A program made the translations under genes and the position numbers. A DNA stretch of 64,000 nt, from positions 64,824-128,823 of the forward strand of contig JAYKHS010000004.1 in the NCBI GenBank assembly GCA_035285865.1, read 5' to 3'. This document shows positions 28,657-38,380 of the stretch, piece after piece. Origin of the DNA: Candidatus Sericytochromatia bacterium. Its GTDB lineage: Bacteria > Cyanobacteriota > Sericytochromatia > S15B-MN24 > VGJW01. The first letter of the stretch is position 1, and every line of letters begins with the position of its first letter. Under the pieces are notes generated by a model. It did no database searches, was not told the DNA's origin, and worked only from the letters and a program-made list of their open reading frames with translations.

Positions 28657-29492
28657 GGCCAGACCAGGCCTGCCTCGGCCATCTGCTGGTTGACGTAGGC
28701 GCCCCACCCTGTTGCACCCCAGTGCCCTCGGGTCTGCGGGCTGGGATGGATGATGGCGACCTGGCGGGGTGCCCGTCCGTCCTCGGCAAGGAGGGTCGTG
28801 CACGCCGCCGCGAGGCGATCGGCGGCATAGGCACCGACCCCAACCACCCAATCGGGTTGCATCATCCGGACCCAGGCGCACAAGGCCGCATCGCACCAGG
28901 TCGTCATCTCCACGGAGGCCGCGACGCCCTTGCGGAAGTCCGTCGGGATGACATTGCGCCCGTTGGCATCGAAGAACAGCAGCGGACAAAAATTGACGAC
29001 GAAGGCCTTCCGGAAAAAGGCCTCCGCATCGGGGAACAGGCTGCGCGCCCATCCGTACAGGTTCTGGCCCGAGCTTTCCCGGCGGGTCGACGACAGGCCG
29101 ATGACCGGACGATCCGCACGTGCGGCTTCCGGGATGCGGACCGCGCCCTCGATGCCCATCCACGTCCGCACGAGTTCGGGATCCCCGAAGGGAATTCCGG
29201 TCTGGCCCATGCCCCACGGACCGGGATTCATGCCCAGGAACAGCGCCTTGCGGGCGCCGGGCTTGCCGTGGCGACCGAGCCATGCCTCGAGCGGAGCGGA
29301 TGCATAGGCCTGTGGCCGGTAGATGTGCGTCAATTCCGCAAAACCCTTGCGCAGGGCACCTGCTGTCGGGAAATCCAGACGGCTTAGTGCCGCGTCGAGC
29401 TTGCGCGTCAGCACGATCGGGTCCCGGCAGCCCGCAAGGTCTCGGAGAGTTCCTGGAGTCGCCGGCGGGATGTCGGGCGGAACGAAGGTCAC
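28653..29492 (-). CDS. smug1: SMUG1-family (family 3) uracil-DNA glycosylase
   Basis: GMNPGPWGMGQTGIPFG, ESSG, NFCPL, HPSP; GTG overlaps the upstream TGA. Confidence 0.9.
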   Translation of the reverse strand: MTFVPPDIPPATPGTLRDLAGCRDPIVLTRKLDAALSRLDFPTAGALRKGFAELTHIYRPQAYASAPLEAWLGRHGKPGARKALFLGMNPGPWGMGQTGIPFGDPELVRTWMGIEGAVRIPEAARADRPVIGLSSTRRESSGQNLYGWARSLFPDAEAFFRKAFVVNFCPLLFFDANGRNVIPTDFRKGVAASVEMTTWCDAALCAWVRMMQPDWVVGVGAYAADRLAAACTTLLAEDGRAPRQVAIIHPSPQTRGHWGATGWGAYVNQQMAEAGLVWP

Positions 29493-29875
29493 CGTGTCCG
29501 CTGCACCTGCAACGCGATGGCACCCGTCAGAGCCATGACCCCCTCGAACCCCCACAGGCTGCACGTGAAGGCCGGTGGCAGGCCGTTCTGCAGGGTGTCC
29601 ACGGCTCGTCCCAGCACGAGACCGCCGCAGAGTACCGTCAACAGCAAGAGGGCAGGGCGCGTCGCCGCGGGTCGCCAGGCCCCCAGGGCCAGCAGCACCG
29701 CCACTGCCAGGGACTGTCCCCCGTAGGAGGCGCGCAATTCGTTCGCGGCTCCGGGCTTGGCCGGGGCAAGGCCTACCGTCGCCGCGAGGCCGACCGGATC
29801 GGCAAGACCCTGGACGCCCACCCATAGATAGGCCAGTGCGGCCAGTGCCAGCAGGATTCGCGAGGTCATGGGCAT
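29489..29875 (-). CDS. DUF4345-like membrane protein
   Basis: Four TM helices, NELRASYGG, GR..DG pattern. Confidence 0.7.
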   Translation of the reverse strand: MPMTSRILLALAALAYLWVGVQGLADPVGLAATVGLAPAKPGAANELRASYGGQSLAVAVLLALGAWRPAATRPALLLLTVLCGGLVLGRAVDTLQNGLPPAFTCSLWGFEGVMALTGAIALQVQRTR

Positions 29876-29905
29876 ACAATAAGGGTTGTTCCCGGAGGAT
29901 TGTCC

Positions 29906-30154
29906 ATGCGCTCCCTGCCAGAAGCCCTGTCGGCACCCGCCGTCCTGCGCGAGGTTCTCGAGACCTACGTGGCCGATCTGGCCCCCATTCGCGACGGCCT
30001 CGCCGACGTCATGGCGGCCTCGGACCCTGCTGACATTTACGCGCCGATCTGGGCCAGCCTCGGCAGTGCCGAGATGGCGGCCCTGACCCGCGCGTTCGCG
30101 TCCGTCATCGAGCGCAACAACGCGCGCCTTCTGGAAGAACTCGCGCGCCGCTGA
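29906..30154 (+). CDS. Small hypothetical helical protein
   Basis: GGAGG RBS 7 nt before ATG; strong GC3 bias. Confidence 0.6.
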   Translation: MRSLPEALSAPAVLREVLETYVADLAPIRDGLADVMAASDPADIYAPIWASLGSAEMAALTRAFASVIERNNARLLEELARR

Positions 30155-30163
30155 CCCCCCGGC

Positions 30164-30652
30164 TCAGGCCGCGAGGGCTTTCTCGATGGCCTGTTCTAGG
30201 TCGGCCGGCGTCGTCGCGCTGGCGTAGCGGTCGATGACCTGCCCGTCCCGGCCGACGAGGAATTTCGTGAAATTCCACTTGATCCCCTCGGTGCCGAGGA
30301 TACCCTTCTGCGCCCGCTTCAGGTGCTGGAACAGGGGGTGCGCGTTGTCGCCATTGACGTCGACCTTCGCGAACATCGGGAAGCTGACGTCATAGGTCAG
30401 GCTGCAGAAGTTCGCGATTTCCTCGGCATCGCCTGGCTCCTGGGCCCCGAACTGATTGCATGGGAAGCCCAGCACGACCAGGCCCTTGTCGGCGTACTTG
30501 CGCCAGAGTTCCTCGAGGCCCTTGTACTGCGGGGTGAAACCGCACTTGCTGGCCACGTTGACGATGAGCAGGACCTTGCCCTGCCAGGCAGCCAGCGTGG
30601 TGTCCTCACCTTTGAGGGTGCGGAGGGGAATGTCGTGGATGTTCGCGTTCAT
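30164..30652 (-). CDS. gpx: Glutathione peroxidase (Cys-type)
   Basis: NVASKCGFTPQY, GFPCNQFGAQEPG, WNFTKFL; start MNANIH. Confidence 0.95.
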   Translation of the reverse strand: MNANIHDIPLRTLKGEDTTLAAWQGKVLLIVNVASKCGFTPQYKGLEELWRKYADKGLVVLGFPCNQFGAQEPGDAEEIANFCSLTYDVSFPMFAKVDVNGDNAHPLFQHLKRAQKGILGTEGIKWNFTKFLVGRDGQVIDRYASATTPADLEQAIEKALAA

Positions 30653-30722
30653 GAGGCCTCTTGCTCGGTGCGCGTGCCGGGAGCAGGTCAGGATCCACGG
30701 TAGCAGGCCCGGAGGCCTTTCG

Positions 30723-31277
30723 TCAGCGACGCAGGACGGTCGGGGCGTCGGCCGACTCGACCGTCGCCTCCCGGACGGCCCGCTGGCAGGCCTGTTCACG
30801 GGTGTCTGCCTCGATGCGGGCCGGACCTTCGCTGCGCATCACGAGGGCTGTCTTGGCTGCGGCTGCGGCACCGGCAGCAAGCAACATGCCCCCGAACCCG
30901 CTCTTTCCGAGGATCGTGCCCAGTTTGCCGCCCAGCAGCGCGCCCGCGGCGGCGGCACCACCGGCGGCCAAGTTCGACGGGGTGTCCCCCAGCCAGCGCA
31001 TCAGGCGCCCATCGGTGAACTCGGCCTTGAGTGCCTTGTCTTCGACGGCCACCACGGTGGTGTTCAAGCCACCCTGACGGATCTGGGAGCCGACCGTCAC
31101 ACCCCGCAGCTGCATGTTGCAGCCCGCTATGAGCAGGCGGTCCTGACCGCGGTCCAGAACCAGGTAGTCTGCCGCACCAAGCAGGCGCTCCTCGTGGCGG
31201 CGGCTCACGGGATCCGCAGGATTCATGCGACGCATCACGGTCGGGGAGGTGCGGGGTGCCGGGGTCAACAGGGGCAT
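30723..31277 (-). CDS. Hypothetical protein with glycine zipper
   Basis: Small beta domain then GAAAAGALLGGKLG; similar to 44983..45444. Confidence 0.55.
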   Translation of the reverse strand: MPLLTPAPRTSPTVMRRMNPADPVSRRHEERLLGAADYLVLDRGQDRLLIAGCNMQLRGVTVGSQIRQGGLNTTVVAVEDKALKAEFTDGRLMRWLGDTPSNLAAGGAAAAGALLGGKLGTILGKSGFGGMLLAAGAAAAAKTALVMRSEGPARIEADTREQACQRAVREATVESADAPTVLRR

Positions 31278-31457
31278 GGGGGTCCTTCGTGCAGAAAGAT
31301 GAGCAGGCAATGGGCGCAACTGTCTCCCATATCGACCGGATCGCCGGGCGGCAAGGTTAAGGCCAAGTAGCAACAGGCACAAGAAAAGATGAACCGGCTC
31401 GCGTGCGGATGCTCTGGCGCACTATGATGAAGACATCCCCGACTCCTTGCCCGCTGC

Positions 31458-32738
31458 TTGATGCTGTTTTCGATTCGCCGGATCCTGCCGGTGCTGTGCG
31501 TCGCTGGCCTGTTGCCTGCGGCGTGTGGTCGCGTGCCGACGTACACAGCCCCGATTAGCCCATCCGCAGTTGTGAACACGGCCGGCGCGGCCTCGGAGGC
31601 TGGCTGGTCGCGGCTGACCGTGCCCAAGGGGGCCTGGGACGCGCTGGCAGACCTCGGCCTTGATCTTGCCGAGGATGCCGACAGGCAAGCGGGCACCGTG
31701 ACGGCGCGCGTGCGTGCCGCGGATGCCGGGCGACTGGCTGCGCTGGGCATCCGGGTGTCCGAGGGACCTTCGCCCGTGCGCCCGGGTGCCTTTCAGCTGC
31801 CGGACGGCTACACGACCGTCGCGGGCGTGCAACGCAGGATGCGCCGGTTGGCCGATCTGCACCCGGCCTCTTGCCAAATCCGGCCGATCGGGCGCTCTGT
31901 GGAGGGCCGCATGATCGAGGCGTGGCGTCTGTCGGGCCCCAGCCGGGATGCCCGCCCCGTGATGATTCTTCTGGCAGGCGTCCATGCCCGGGAGCTCGCA
32001 CCTGTCGAAGTCGCTCTCGCCCTGGGCGATCATCTGGCCGAAGGCTATGGCCGCAACAGCCACATCACACGTCTGCTGGACCGACGGGAGGTCTGGATCG
32101 TCCCCCTTGCCAATCCGGATGGCCGCCTGAGGGTCGAGGCCGGCGACCCCTACTGGCGGAAGAATGCACGGATCCTGTCTGACGGGCAGATCGGCGTGGA
32201 CCTGAACCGAAACCACGAGGTCCATTGGCATCTCGGGAATTCTCGAACGACCGATGAGGACTATCGCGGTCCAGAGGCGGCATCGGAACCCGAGGTCCGG
32301 GCCATCAGGGAGATGGTTCGCCATTTGCGTCCGCGTCTCGTGGTCGACATGCACGCCTTTGCCGGCATGGTGTTGTGGCCGCCCGGAGTCGACCGCAGCT
32401 TCACGCCCGAGGAGAGCCTGTTCTCCCGGGTTGCCCGTCCGGTAGCCAACAGGCTCGCCTACCGTGCAGGCACTCTGGCGCGCGTGCTGTACCGCGTGAC
32501 GGGAGACGTCGGTTCGTGGTCCTTGGCCGACCGCGGGGTGCTCGGGGTAACGGTCGAACTGGACGATCGGGGCTTTCAGCCACCGTTCGCTCAGGTGCGC
32601 AAGGACTGGGATGACTGGCGTTGGCCGCTTCGCTGGTGGTTCGAGACGGCGGTGGATCCTCTGTCCGCACCGCTTGCCTTGCCGCCGGAACCCTTGCCGT
32701 TGGCGCTGCCTGGCTTCGCCGTGCCCGGCACCGACTAG
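31458..32738 (+). CDS. M14 zinc carboxypeptidase, lipoprotein
   Basis: Lipobox LPAAC; GVHARE, NPDG, WRKN, GVDLNRN, SEPE, DMH. Confidence 0.9.
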   Translation: MMLFSIRRILPVLCVAGLLPAACGRVPTYTAPISPSAVVNTAGAASEAGWSRLTVPKGAWDALADLGLDLAEDADRQAGTVTARVRAADAGRLAALGIRVSEGPSPVRPGAFQLPDGYTTVAGVQRRMRRLADLHPASCQIRPIGRSVEGRMIEAWRLSGPSRDARPVMILLAGVHARELAPVEVALALGDHLAEGYGRNSHITRLLDRREVWIVPLANPDGRLRVEAGDPYWRKNARILSDGQIGVDLNRNHEVHWHLGNSRTTDEDYRGPEAASEPEVRAIREMVRHLRPRLVVDMHAFAGMVLWPPGVDRSFTPEESLFSRVARPVANRLAYRAGTLARVLYRVTGDVGSWSLADRGVLGVTVELDDRGFQPPFAQVRKDWDDWRWPLRWWFETAVDPLSAPLALPPEPLPLALPGFAVPGTD

Positions 32739-33718
32739 TCCTGTCTCAGCAGTCGATCGGCCGCCTCGAGGCCTGACAGCATGGCACCCTCGAAGCGCCC
32801 GGCAGGACCGATCCACGCGTCGCCGCAGACGGCGAGGCGGCGATCGGGATCCCAGCCGCACCCGCCTCCCAGCGGCCCGAGCGGCCGCGCAAAGGTCCAT
32901 CGGTGTGCGTGGACCGTTTTCGGGACCGGGCCACCGAAGCGGGCCGCGAGTGCCTCGGCCATCTCGGCCGCCCAATTCGCCGGCGAACGCTCCAGGCGCG
33001 GGAGGCTCCAGGCCGCGCTGGCGTGGACCACGACCGGACGGCCCGGCCTCCGGATCACGAGTGCCAGCAGGTCGTCCCCGTGCAGATAGCATGCCAGCGT
33101 CGCAGGGCTGGCCGATCCACCGGGCATGGCCTCGGGGATAGCGTCAAAGGCTGCCACGAGGCACGCGTCGTTGCCGTCCGTCGGAGCGGGCAGATCGCTG
33201 ACGACACGCCGTGCCTGCGGCAGGGGCATGGCCAGAACCAGGGCGCTGGCGTGGACTTCCAAGGGCACCTCGGCATCCTCCGGACCCTGAAGCACCCAGT
33301 GGTTCTCCGCACGGAACGCCCGCGTCACGGTCGCTTCCTGACGGACCGGCAGATCGATCGCCATGGCTTCCAGCAGAGCGCCCATACTGGGCGAGCCGGT
33401 CCAGCGCGGGTCTTCGTCCGAGTCGCGCAGGGTCATGTGACCATCCGTCACATCGGCCACTCGCCCGGGGAAGGGCACGACGAAACCGGCTTCCAGCCAG
33501 CGGCCCATGAAGTCCCTGGTCCGGGCATCGCTCATGCGGAACAGCGGCACGCCGAGGTCCAGCAGTCGGCCATCGGCGAGCACCCGGCTGGAGGCGCGGC
33601 CACCGGGCCGTCGGCCGCGGTCCAGGACGACGCATGTCATCCCGGCTTCCGTCAGGCGCCTTGCGCAGGCGAGCCCCGATGCCCCGGAGCCCACGATGAC
33701 GACATCCTTGTGTTCCAT
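32735..33718 (-). CDS. FAD-dependent oxidoreductase (renalase-like)
   Basis: VVIVGSGASGL, GGRASSR, HRW, CGD..EGAMLSG; start MEHKD. Confidence 0.85.
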   Translation of the reverse strand: MEHKDVVIVGSGASGLACARRLTEAGMTCVVLDRGRRPGGRASSRVLADGRLLDLGVPLFRMSDARTRDFMGRWLEAGFVVPFPGRVADVTDGHMTLRDSDEDPRWTGSPSMGALLEAMAIDLPVRQEATVTRAFRAENHWVLQGPEDAEVPLEVHASALVLAMPLPQARRVVSDLPAPTDGNDACLVAAFDAIPEAMPGGSASPATLACYLHGDDLLALVIRRPGRPVVVHASAAWSLPRLERSPANWAAEMAEALAARFGGPVPKTVHAHRWTFARPLGPLGGGCGWDPDRRLAVCGDAWIGPAGRFEGAMLSGLEAADRLLRQD

Positions 33719-33723
33719 GGGGA

Positions 33724-34881
33724 TCAGTGACCGATCGTGCCCGGAGCGGGCCACCGCAGGTAGAGGTCCACGACGATCCCGCCGATGCAGCCCACCCAGA
33801 ACAGCAGGCCCGGGCCGACACGACGCGTCGCCAGCAACAGGAAGGCGAGGATTGCCCAGATGGCACTTGCCGGATGGACGGTCAGCGTCGGCAACCAGCC
33901 GAGGGCCGTGGCAGCCAGCAGGCCGAGCGAAGCGACCCCCACGCCCTCCAGCAGGGCCTTGCAGCCAGGGATGGCCTCGATGCGCGGGACCAGCGCGCTG
34001 GCTGTCCCGACGACGACGAAGGCAGGCAGGAAGATGCCGAGGGTTGCCAGCGCAGCACCGGCCGGGCCGGCGATCAACATGCCGAGGAAACTGGCCGTGC
34101 CCAGGATGGGCCCGGGCGTGGCCAAGGTCAGGGCGAAGGCGTCTACAAGTTGATCGTACGTGAGCCAGCCGAGGCGTTCGACGAGCGTCTCGTGAAGCAG
34201 GCCGATGACGACATAACCGCTCCCGAAGAGCAAGGCGCCGACCTTCAGGAAGGGCCAGGGCACCTGCCAGGGCGTGATGTCCGGCGTCGCCGATGCCGTG
34301 GCCGGGATGGGGGCGATGGCTGGCAAGACCGATCGGGAGTTCGATTGCCAGGCACGCACGCAGGCCAGTGCGACGCCCCCTCCGAGGAGCAGCGGCAGTT
34401 CGGGGACGCCCAGCAGGGCCGTGCCTGCCGCCGTGGCCGCGAGCAACCGCGTCGGGCCATCGAATGCCGCCTCGGGCAACCACTGTCGCAGCACATCGAC
34501 GACGACGGCCAGCATGACCGGTCGCAGGCCCTGAAGGGCGCCAACCCCCGCCGGATGCGTGCCGAACGACTGGTAGACCAGGGCGAGCAGACCGAGCAGC
34601 AGGGCCCCGGGCAGCACGAAGGCCGCTCCGGCCACGATGAGGCCCGGCCATCCTGCCCGATGGCGGCCGATGAGCATCGCCATCTCGGAGGAATTGGGGC
34701 CGGGGATAAGCTGCACCAGTCCCAGCCACCGGGTGTAGGTCGGCTCGTCGACCCAGCCCCGGTCCCTGACCAGAGTCTCGCGAAAGACCGCGAGATGGAC
34801 GGCCGGCCCCCCGAAGGTCGTGGCTCCGAGGCGGAGGAAGACGCGTGCGAGGTCCCCCAGGACCGAGGGGTCAGCCTTCAC
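33724..34881 (-). CDS. chrA: Chromate transporter (long-chain CHR)
   Basis: FLRLGATTFGGP, QLIPGPNSSE, FGSGY, TPGP. Confidence 0.9.
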   Translation of the reverse strand: MKADPSVLGDLARVFLRLGATTFGGPAVHLAVFRETLVRDRGWVDEPTYTRWLGLVQLIPGPNSSEMAMLIGRHRAGWPGLIVAGAAFVLPGALLLGLLALVYQSFGTHPAGVGALQGLRPVMLAVVVDVLRQWLPEAAFDGPTRLLAATAAGTALLGVPELPLLLGGGVALACVRAWQSNSRSVLPAIAPIPATASATPDITPWQVPWPFLKVGALLFGSGYVVIGLLHETLVERLGWLTYDQLVDAFALTLATPGPILGTASFLGMLIAGPAGAALATLGIFLPAFVVVGTASALVPRIEAIPGCKALLEGVGVASLGLLAATALGWLPTLTVHPASAIWAILAFLLLATRRVGPGLLFWVGCIGGIVVDLYLRWPAPGTIGH

Positions 34882-35462
34882 GGAGTCTCCTGCGCGGAGG
34901 TGCCGAAGATGCTCCAGGCCTCCCACCCCTGCCACGCGGCCAGACCCAGCAGCACGCCCGTTTCCAGCGCATCGGCGCCAGCGTCGGTAGAGAGGCTGGC
35001 ACCACCGCCTCGAGTCAGCGGCGTCCAGACCTGCAGGCCCAGCAAGCCACCCAAGGCACCGGCGGCAAGTGCGCCGAGCGGGTGAAGAGCCGCTTTGCCC
35101 CAATTCCCCGCGATCAGGTGGGACGATGCGCCCATCAGGACGGGTATCCCGACCGCCTGGATCGGATTTGCGCCTGCCTGAGCCAGCAACAGACCCATGC
35201 CTGCTGCCGTGGCAGGCAGGCCGATGCGCAACGCACGCTGGCCATCGAACGTCTGCGCCGGGGAAAGCCCAAGCTCTCCCGGGACGGCCAGGTCCCTCGT
35301 CGCGACTGCGACATCCCCGGCTGGCCCAGCCGCGACACGCTCGGCCGGGACTGGCCGCTCCTGGGCCGCCTGAGCAGGGAAGGCGTTCGATGCAGCAACG
35401 GCCAGCGCGAGGCTCCAAGGGCCCGGACTGCCGAGGACCCGCCGCGCATGAAGCTGCTTCAT
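34878..35462 (-). CDS. Hypothetical membrane/secreted protein
   Basis: Signal-like segment and hydrophobic Gly-rich helices; stop overlaps the chrA start; start uncertain. Confidence 0.5.
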   Translation of the reverse strand: MKQLHARRVLGSPGPWSLALAVAASNAFPAQAAQERPVPAERVAAGPAGDVAVATRDLAVPGELGLSPAQTFDGQRALRIGLPATAAGMGLLLAQAGANPIQAVGIPVLMGASSHLIAGNWGKAALHPLGALAAGALGGLLGLQVWTPLTRGGGASLSTDAGADALETGVLLGLAAWQGWEAWSIFGTSAQETP

Positions 35463-35481
35463 GGTTGTAGGATACGCCTTG

Positions 35482-36228
35482 ATGTCGATGCGTGCGTTCC
35501 GGGCGATGTCCCTGCTGCTGATGGCTGCCGGCTGCTCGGGCCAGGATCCAGCCCTGCCGACACGCCGATGGTTCGTCGCCGCGCCCATGCCGGAAGCCTT
35601 GCAGGCGCTTTCCGGCAGCGCCCGCGTCGCGGTCGAGACCCGTGAAGGACTGGTTTTCCGTCCGCGCTTGAATCCGTCCGGCACGGGCCTGGTGGTGTAC
35701 GCCGGGGGATACGTGGATGCACGGGCCTATGCCCCGCTTGCCTTGGCCTTGGCCGAGCGGGGGCACCTCGTGGCCCTGCCCCGCATGCCCTTCGGGTTGG
35801 CGTTCTCCAATGCGGATGCGGCCACGACCCTGCGCGCGGCCTATCCGGACATCCGTCGATGGGCCGTCGGGGGCCATTCGCTGGGCGGGGTGGTGGCCGC
35901 CACGCACGCACAGGGCCACCCGGACAAGGTTTCTGGTCTGGTGCTCTGGGCTTCCTATCCAGCCGACTCCACCGATCTCTCCGCCAGCACGCTGCGGGTG
36001 GCCAGCATCTCGGGCTCGCGGGACGGCCTGACCACGCCCGAGCGTCTCGTGGCCACGGCGCGCCTGTTGCCCGCGGGGACGGTCCGTACCGTCATTGACG
36101 GGGGAAACCACGCCCAGTTCGCGTGGTACGGGGACCAGGCAGGGGACGGCACGGCCCTCATCAGCCGCGTGCAACAGCAGGAGCGCGTGGTCGAGGCGAC
36201 TGCAGCCTTGCTCGAGACCCTGCCCTGA
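35482..36228 (+). CDS. Alpha/beta hydrolase (Abhydrolase_5-like), lipoprotein
   Basis: MAAGC lipobox; GGHSLGG, GSRDG, GGNHAQF..YG; start uncertain. Confidence 0.85.
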   Translation: MSMRAFRAMSLLLMAAGCSGQDPALPTRRWFVAAPMPEALQALSGSARVAVETREGLVFRPRLNPSGTGLVVYAGGYVDARAYAPLALALAERGHLVALPRMPFGLAFSNADAATTLRAAYPDIRRWAVGGHSLGGVVAATHAQGHPDKVSGLVLWASYPADSTDLSASTLRVASISGSRDGLTTPERLVATARLLPAGTVRTVIDGGNHAQFAWYGDQAGDGTALISRVQQQERVVEATAALLETLP

Positions 36229-36234
36229 GTCGCT

Positions 36235-37437
36235 TCAGTCGTAGCGCAGGCAGGGCCTGAAGCCGCCGTTAGGCAGGCGGAAGGTCCGCAGGCAGTTGAG
36301 ATAGGTGTTCCAAACCCCCGAACGATCTTCGTCACCCCACGTTCCGCCGCGCATGGCGCGAGTATCCGTCTTCTGGCGGTTGAAATAATCGCCCGAGAAC
36401 CACGGACTGGCTGCGTCGCCGGTCAGAGGAAGGCCATATCTCCGGAACCGCGGATCGGTCGACAGCCCCGTCACGTAACCCTTGCTCGGAGCCTCGAGGC
36501 CGGTGGGAACATCAAGGATCAGCATCTGGTAATGATTGTCTACGTGCAGTTCCTGAGTCCATTCGTTCACGTTGCCGTTAAGGTCGAGGACCCCATCGGA
36601 TCGCCCGGTATGACTGGTCAGGTTGATGCCGGGTGCCCATTCGGGACTGTGCCCCGTTCCTGTCAGGGTGCGAAGTTCATTGGTCGGGTCGGTCAGGAAA
36701 GTGATGTCCGAGACGTCGGCGTCCACCCCAAGGCGATTGTTGCCTCGCAGTGTATGGCCCTCGAGCAAGGACCAGACTGCAAGAGCAGTCCACTCTTCAT
36801 CATGCATCATGTGTGCTTGGGGACCCATCGCAGCGCAAGCCGCCAGCGACTCGTCATAGTCCACCGTGGCGAACGGGATGCACCGCAGAGCGACCTTGGC
36901 TTTCATGGACGTTCCCGGAAGCGCGTCGGCACCGTCTGCCTCGTTTCCGGGACGGGCATCTAGTCTCGTGGCTTCTGTTTTGCCGGCGTAGAAGCCCCCG
37001 AAAACTTCCTGAGCCCAGTCGATCCCCTCGATCCCCTCGGGGCGTTGCGCGATCCAGTAACCCCGTGGCTTGTCGGCGTGGCCAGTCTCCGCAGGTCGAA
37101 TGAGTTGAAAGGCGGTGAAGCGTGGAATCCAGACGAACAGGCTGGTGGCACCATCGTGAGAGAGACTGTAGTCGTGATGAAACGCTACAGGCCCCTCGTC
37201 ATCAGGTGCCATGCGTCCGGGTGAAATGGTGGGTAGTACGCCTGGCGTTGCGACCGTCACGGACGGCGACGATTGCCTCACGGGTGTCTCGGTTGGCACG
37301 CCTGAGGCCGTGGCCGTCACGGTCGATGCATGTGGAGAGGGCTGCGCGATCGTCTGGGATGCCGTGCACCCCAGGACGAAGGCCGCCGGCAGAATGCGAT
37401 CGGCCAGGCGGGCATGGCGGGATCCCCGAAGAACCAA
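36235..37437 (-). CDS. Lipoprotein with Mtd/FGE-type C-type-lectin-fold domain
   Basis: FVLGC lipobox, Ser/Thr/Pro linker, VWIPRF, GFYAGK, DLNGNVNEW, RGGTW...GFR. Confidence 0.8.
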   Translation of the reverse strand: MVLRGSRHARLADRILPAAFVLGCTASQTIAQPSPHASTVTATASGVPTETPVRQSSPSVTVATPGVLPTISPGRMAPDDEGPVAFHHDYSLSHDGATSLFVWIPRFTAFQLIRPAETGHADKPRGYWIAQRPEGIEGIDWAQEVFGGFYAGKTEATRLDARPGNEADGADALPGTSMKAKVALRCIPFATVDYDESLAACAAMGPQAHMMHDEEWTALAVWSLLEGHTLRGNNRLGVDADVSDITFLTDPTNELRTLTGTGHSPEWAPGINLTSHTGRSDGVLDLNGNVNEWTQELHVDNHYQMLILDVPTGLEAPSKGYVTGLSTDPRFRRYGLPLTGDAASPWFSGDYFNRQKTDTRAMRGGTWGDEDRSGVWNTYLNCLRTFRLPNGGFRPCLRYD

Positions 37438-37441
37438 GCTT

Positions 37442-38350
37442 TCAGTGCGCCTTCGGGACGAGGCCCAGGTCCTTCATCTTGGAGGCCTCGGCATCGGCAT
37501 AGGCAAAGACCGAGGCCACGGCCGCCGCGATCGCGGCGACCTCCCCCACGCCCGTCTCGGCCAGGAGGCCCCCGATCGCCGAGCCCCAGTCCAGCGCATT
37601 GGCCTTCCAGTACTTTCCGGCCGTCTCCCGGCTGACCTTGGGGTCCAGAGTCGCTTCGACCGCGTCCTTGCTGCCCCATACGGCGAGACCCACGCCGACG
37701 ACGGGCAGGGCTTTGGCGATGCCGCGTCCCAGACTCTCGCCGACAATGCGTGCGGCTGCTTTCGTGCCCAGTTCCGGATGGCGCGCCAGAGTCCGGGCGA
37801 GCGCCTTGTCGAAGACCGCGCCGATCTCGCCCAGGCGGGGCAGCAAGACTTTGCCCACGAGCTTGTTCGCGGTGATGGTCTTGAAGAGCTTGGCCGAGAG
37901 GTCCGGGGCCATCCGTGCCAGGTCGATGGCGGACTTGATGATGCTGGCCTCGAGCCCGGGATTGCCCTCGATGACGCGGACAAGGGCGCGCGCGGCACGC
38001 GGCACCTCCCGTTCCAGTTCGACCAGGGCCTTGGCCACGTCGGCTTTCAGATGGGCGCTGTGCGCCGCGTGTCGATTCTCCTCGGTCAGGAGCTTGCCCG
38101 TGGCGGGTTTTGCCTGATCCGCGGGGCGTGCGCGTGCGAGCACGGCCTCGATCTCTGCCCGGGTATTGGGTGGCTTGGCTGCCGGGTTGCGCGTGATCGC
38201 GTCCTTGGCGGCAGGGGCGGGCTTGGTTGCAGGAGCCGACTTCCCGGCAGGCCTCGATTCAGTCGCCGGTCTGGTCACCGCTGCAGCTTGGTTCACGCCA
38301 GACGCTGCCGCCTTTGGAGCGGGATGATGCGCCTTCACGGTTTGGGCCAT
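37442..38350 (-). CDS. Hypothetical protein with low-complexity N-terminus and hydrophobic C-terminal helices
   Basis: 302 aa; Ala/Pro/Lys N-terminus; KALPVVGVGLAV and TGVGEVAAIAAAVASVF. Confidence 0.65.
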   Translation of the reverse strand: MAQTVKAHHPAPKAAASGVNQAAAVTRPATESRPAGKSAPATKPAPAAKDAITRNPAAKPPNTRAEIEAVLARARPADQAKPATGKLLTEENRHAAHSAHLKADVAKALVELEREVPRAARALVRVIEGNPGLEASIIKSAIDLARMAPDLSAKLFKTITANKLVGKVLLPRLGEIGAVFDKALARTLARHPELGTKAAARIVGESLGRGIAKALPVVGVGLAVWGSKDAVEATLDPKVSRETAGKYWKANALDWGSAIGGLLAETGVGEVAAIAAAVASVFAYADAEASKMKDLGLVPKAH

Positions 38351-38380
38351 GGCTTCAGCATGCCCGCCAAGGGGCAGGCC

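Noticed and set aside
33724..36174. Long apparent fusions in the ORF track (816-aa ChrA, 664-aa oxidoreductase, 634-aa SDR, 427-aa SMUG1)
   Set aside because: The extensions overlap other real genes and read as non-protein-like; internal starts fit family lengths
36235..37437. Complete diversity-generating retroelement
   Set aside because: No reverse transcriptase, Avd or template repeat seen in the window
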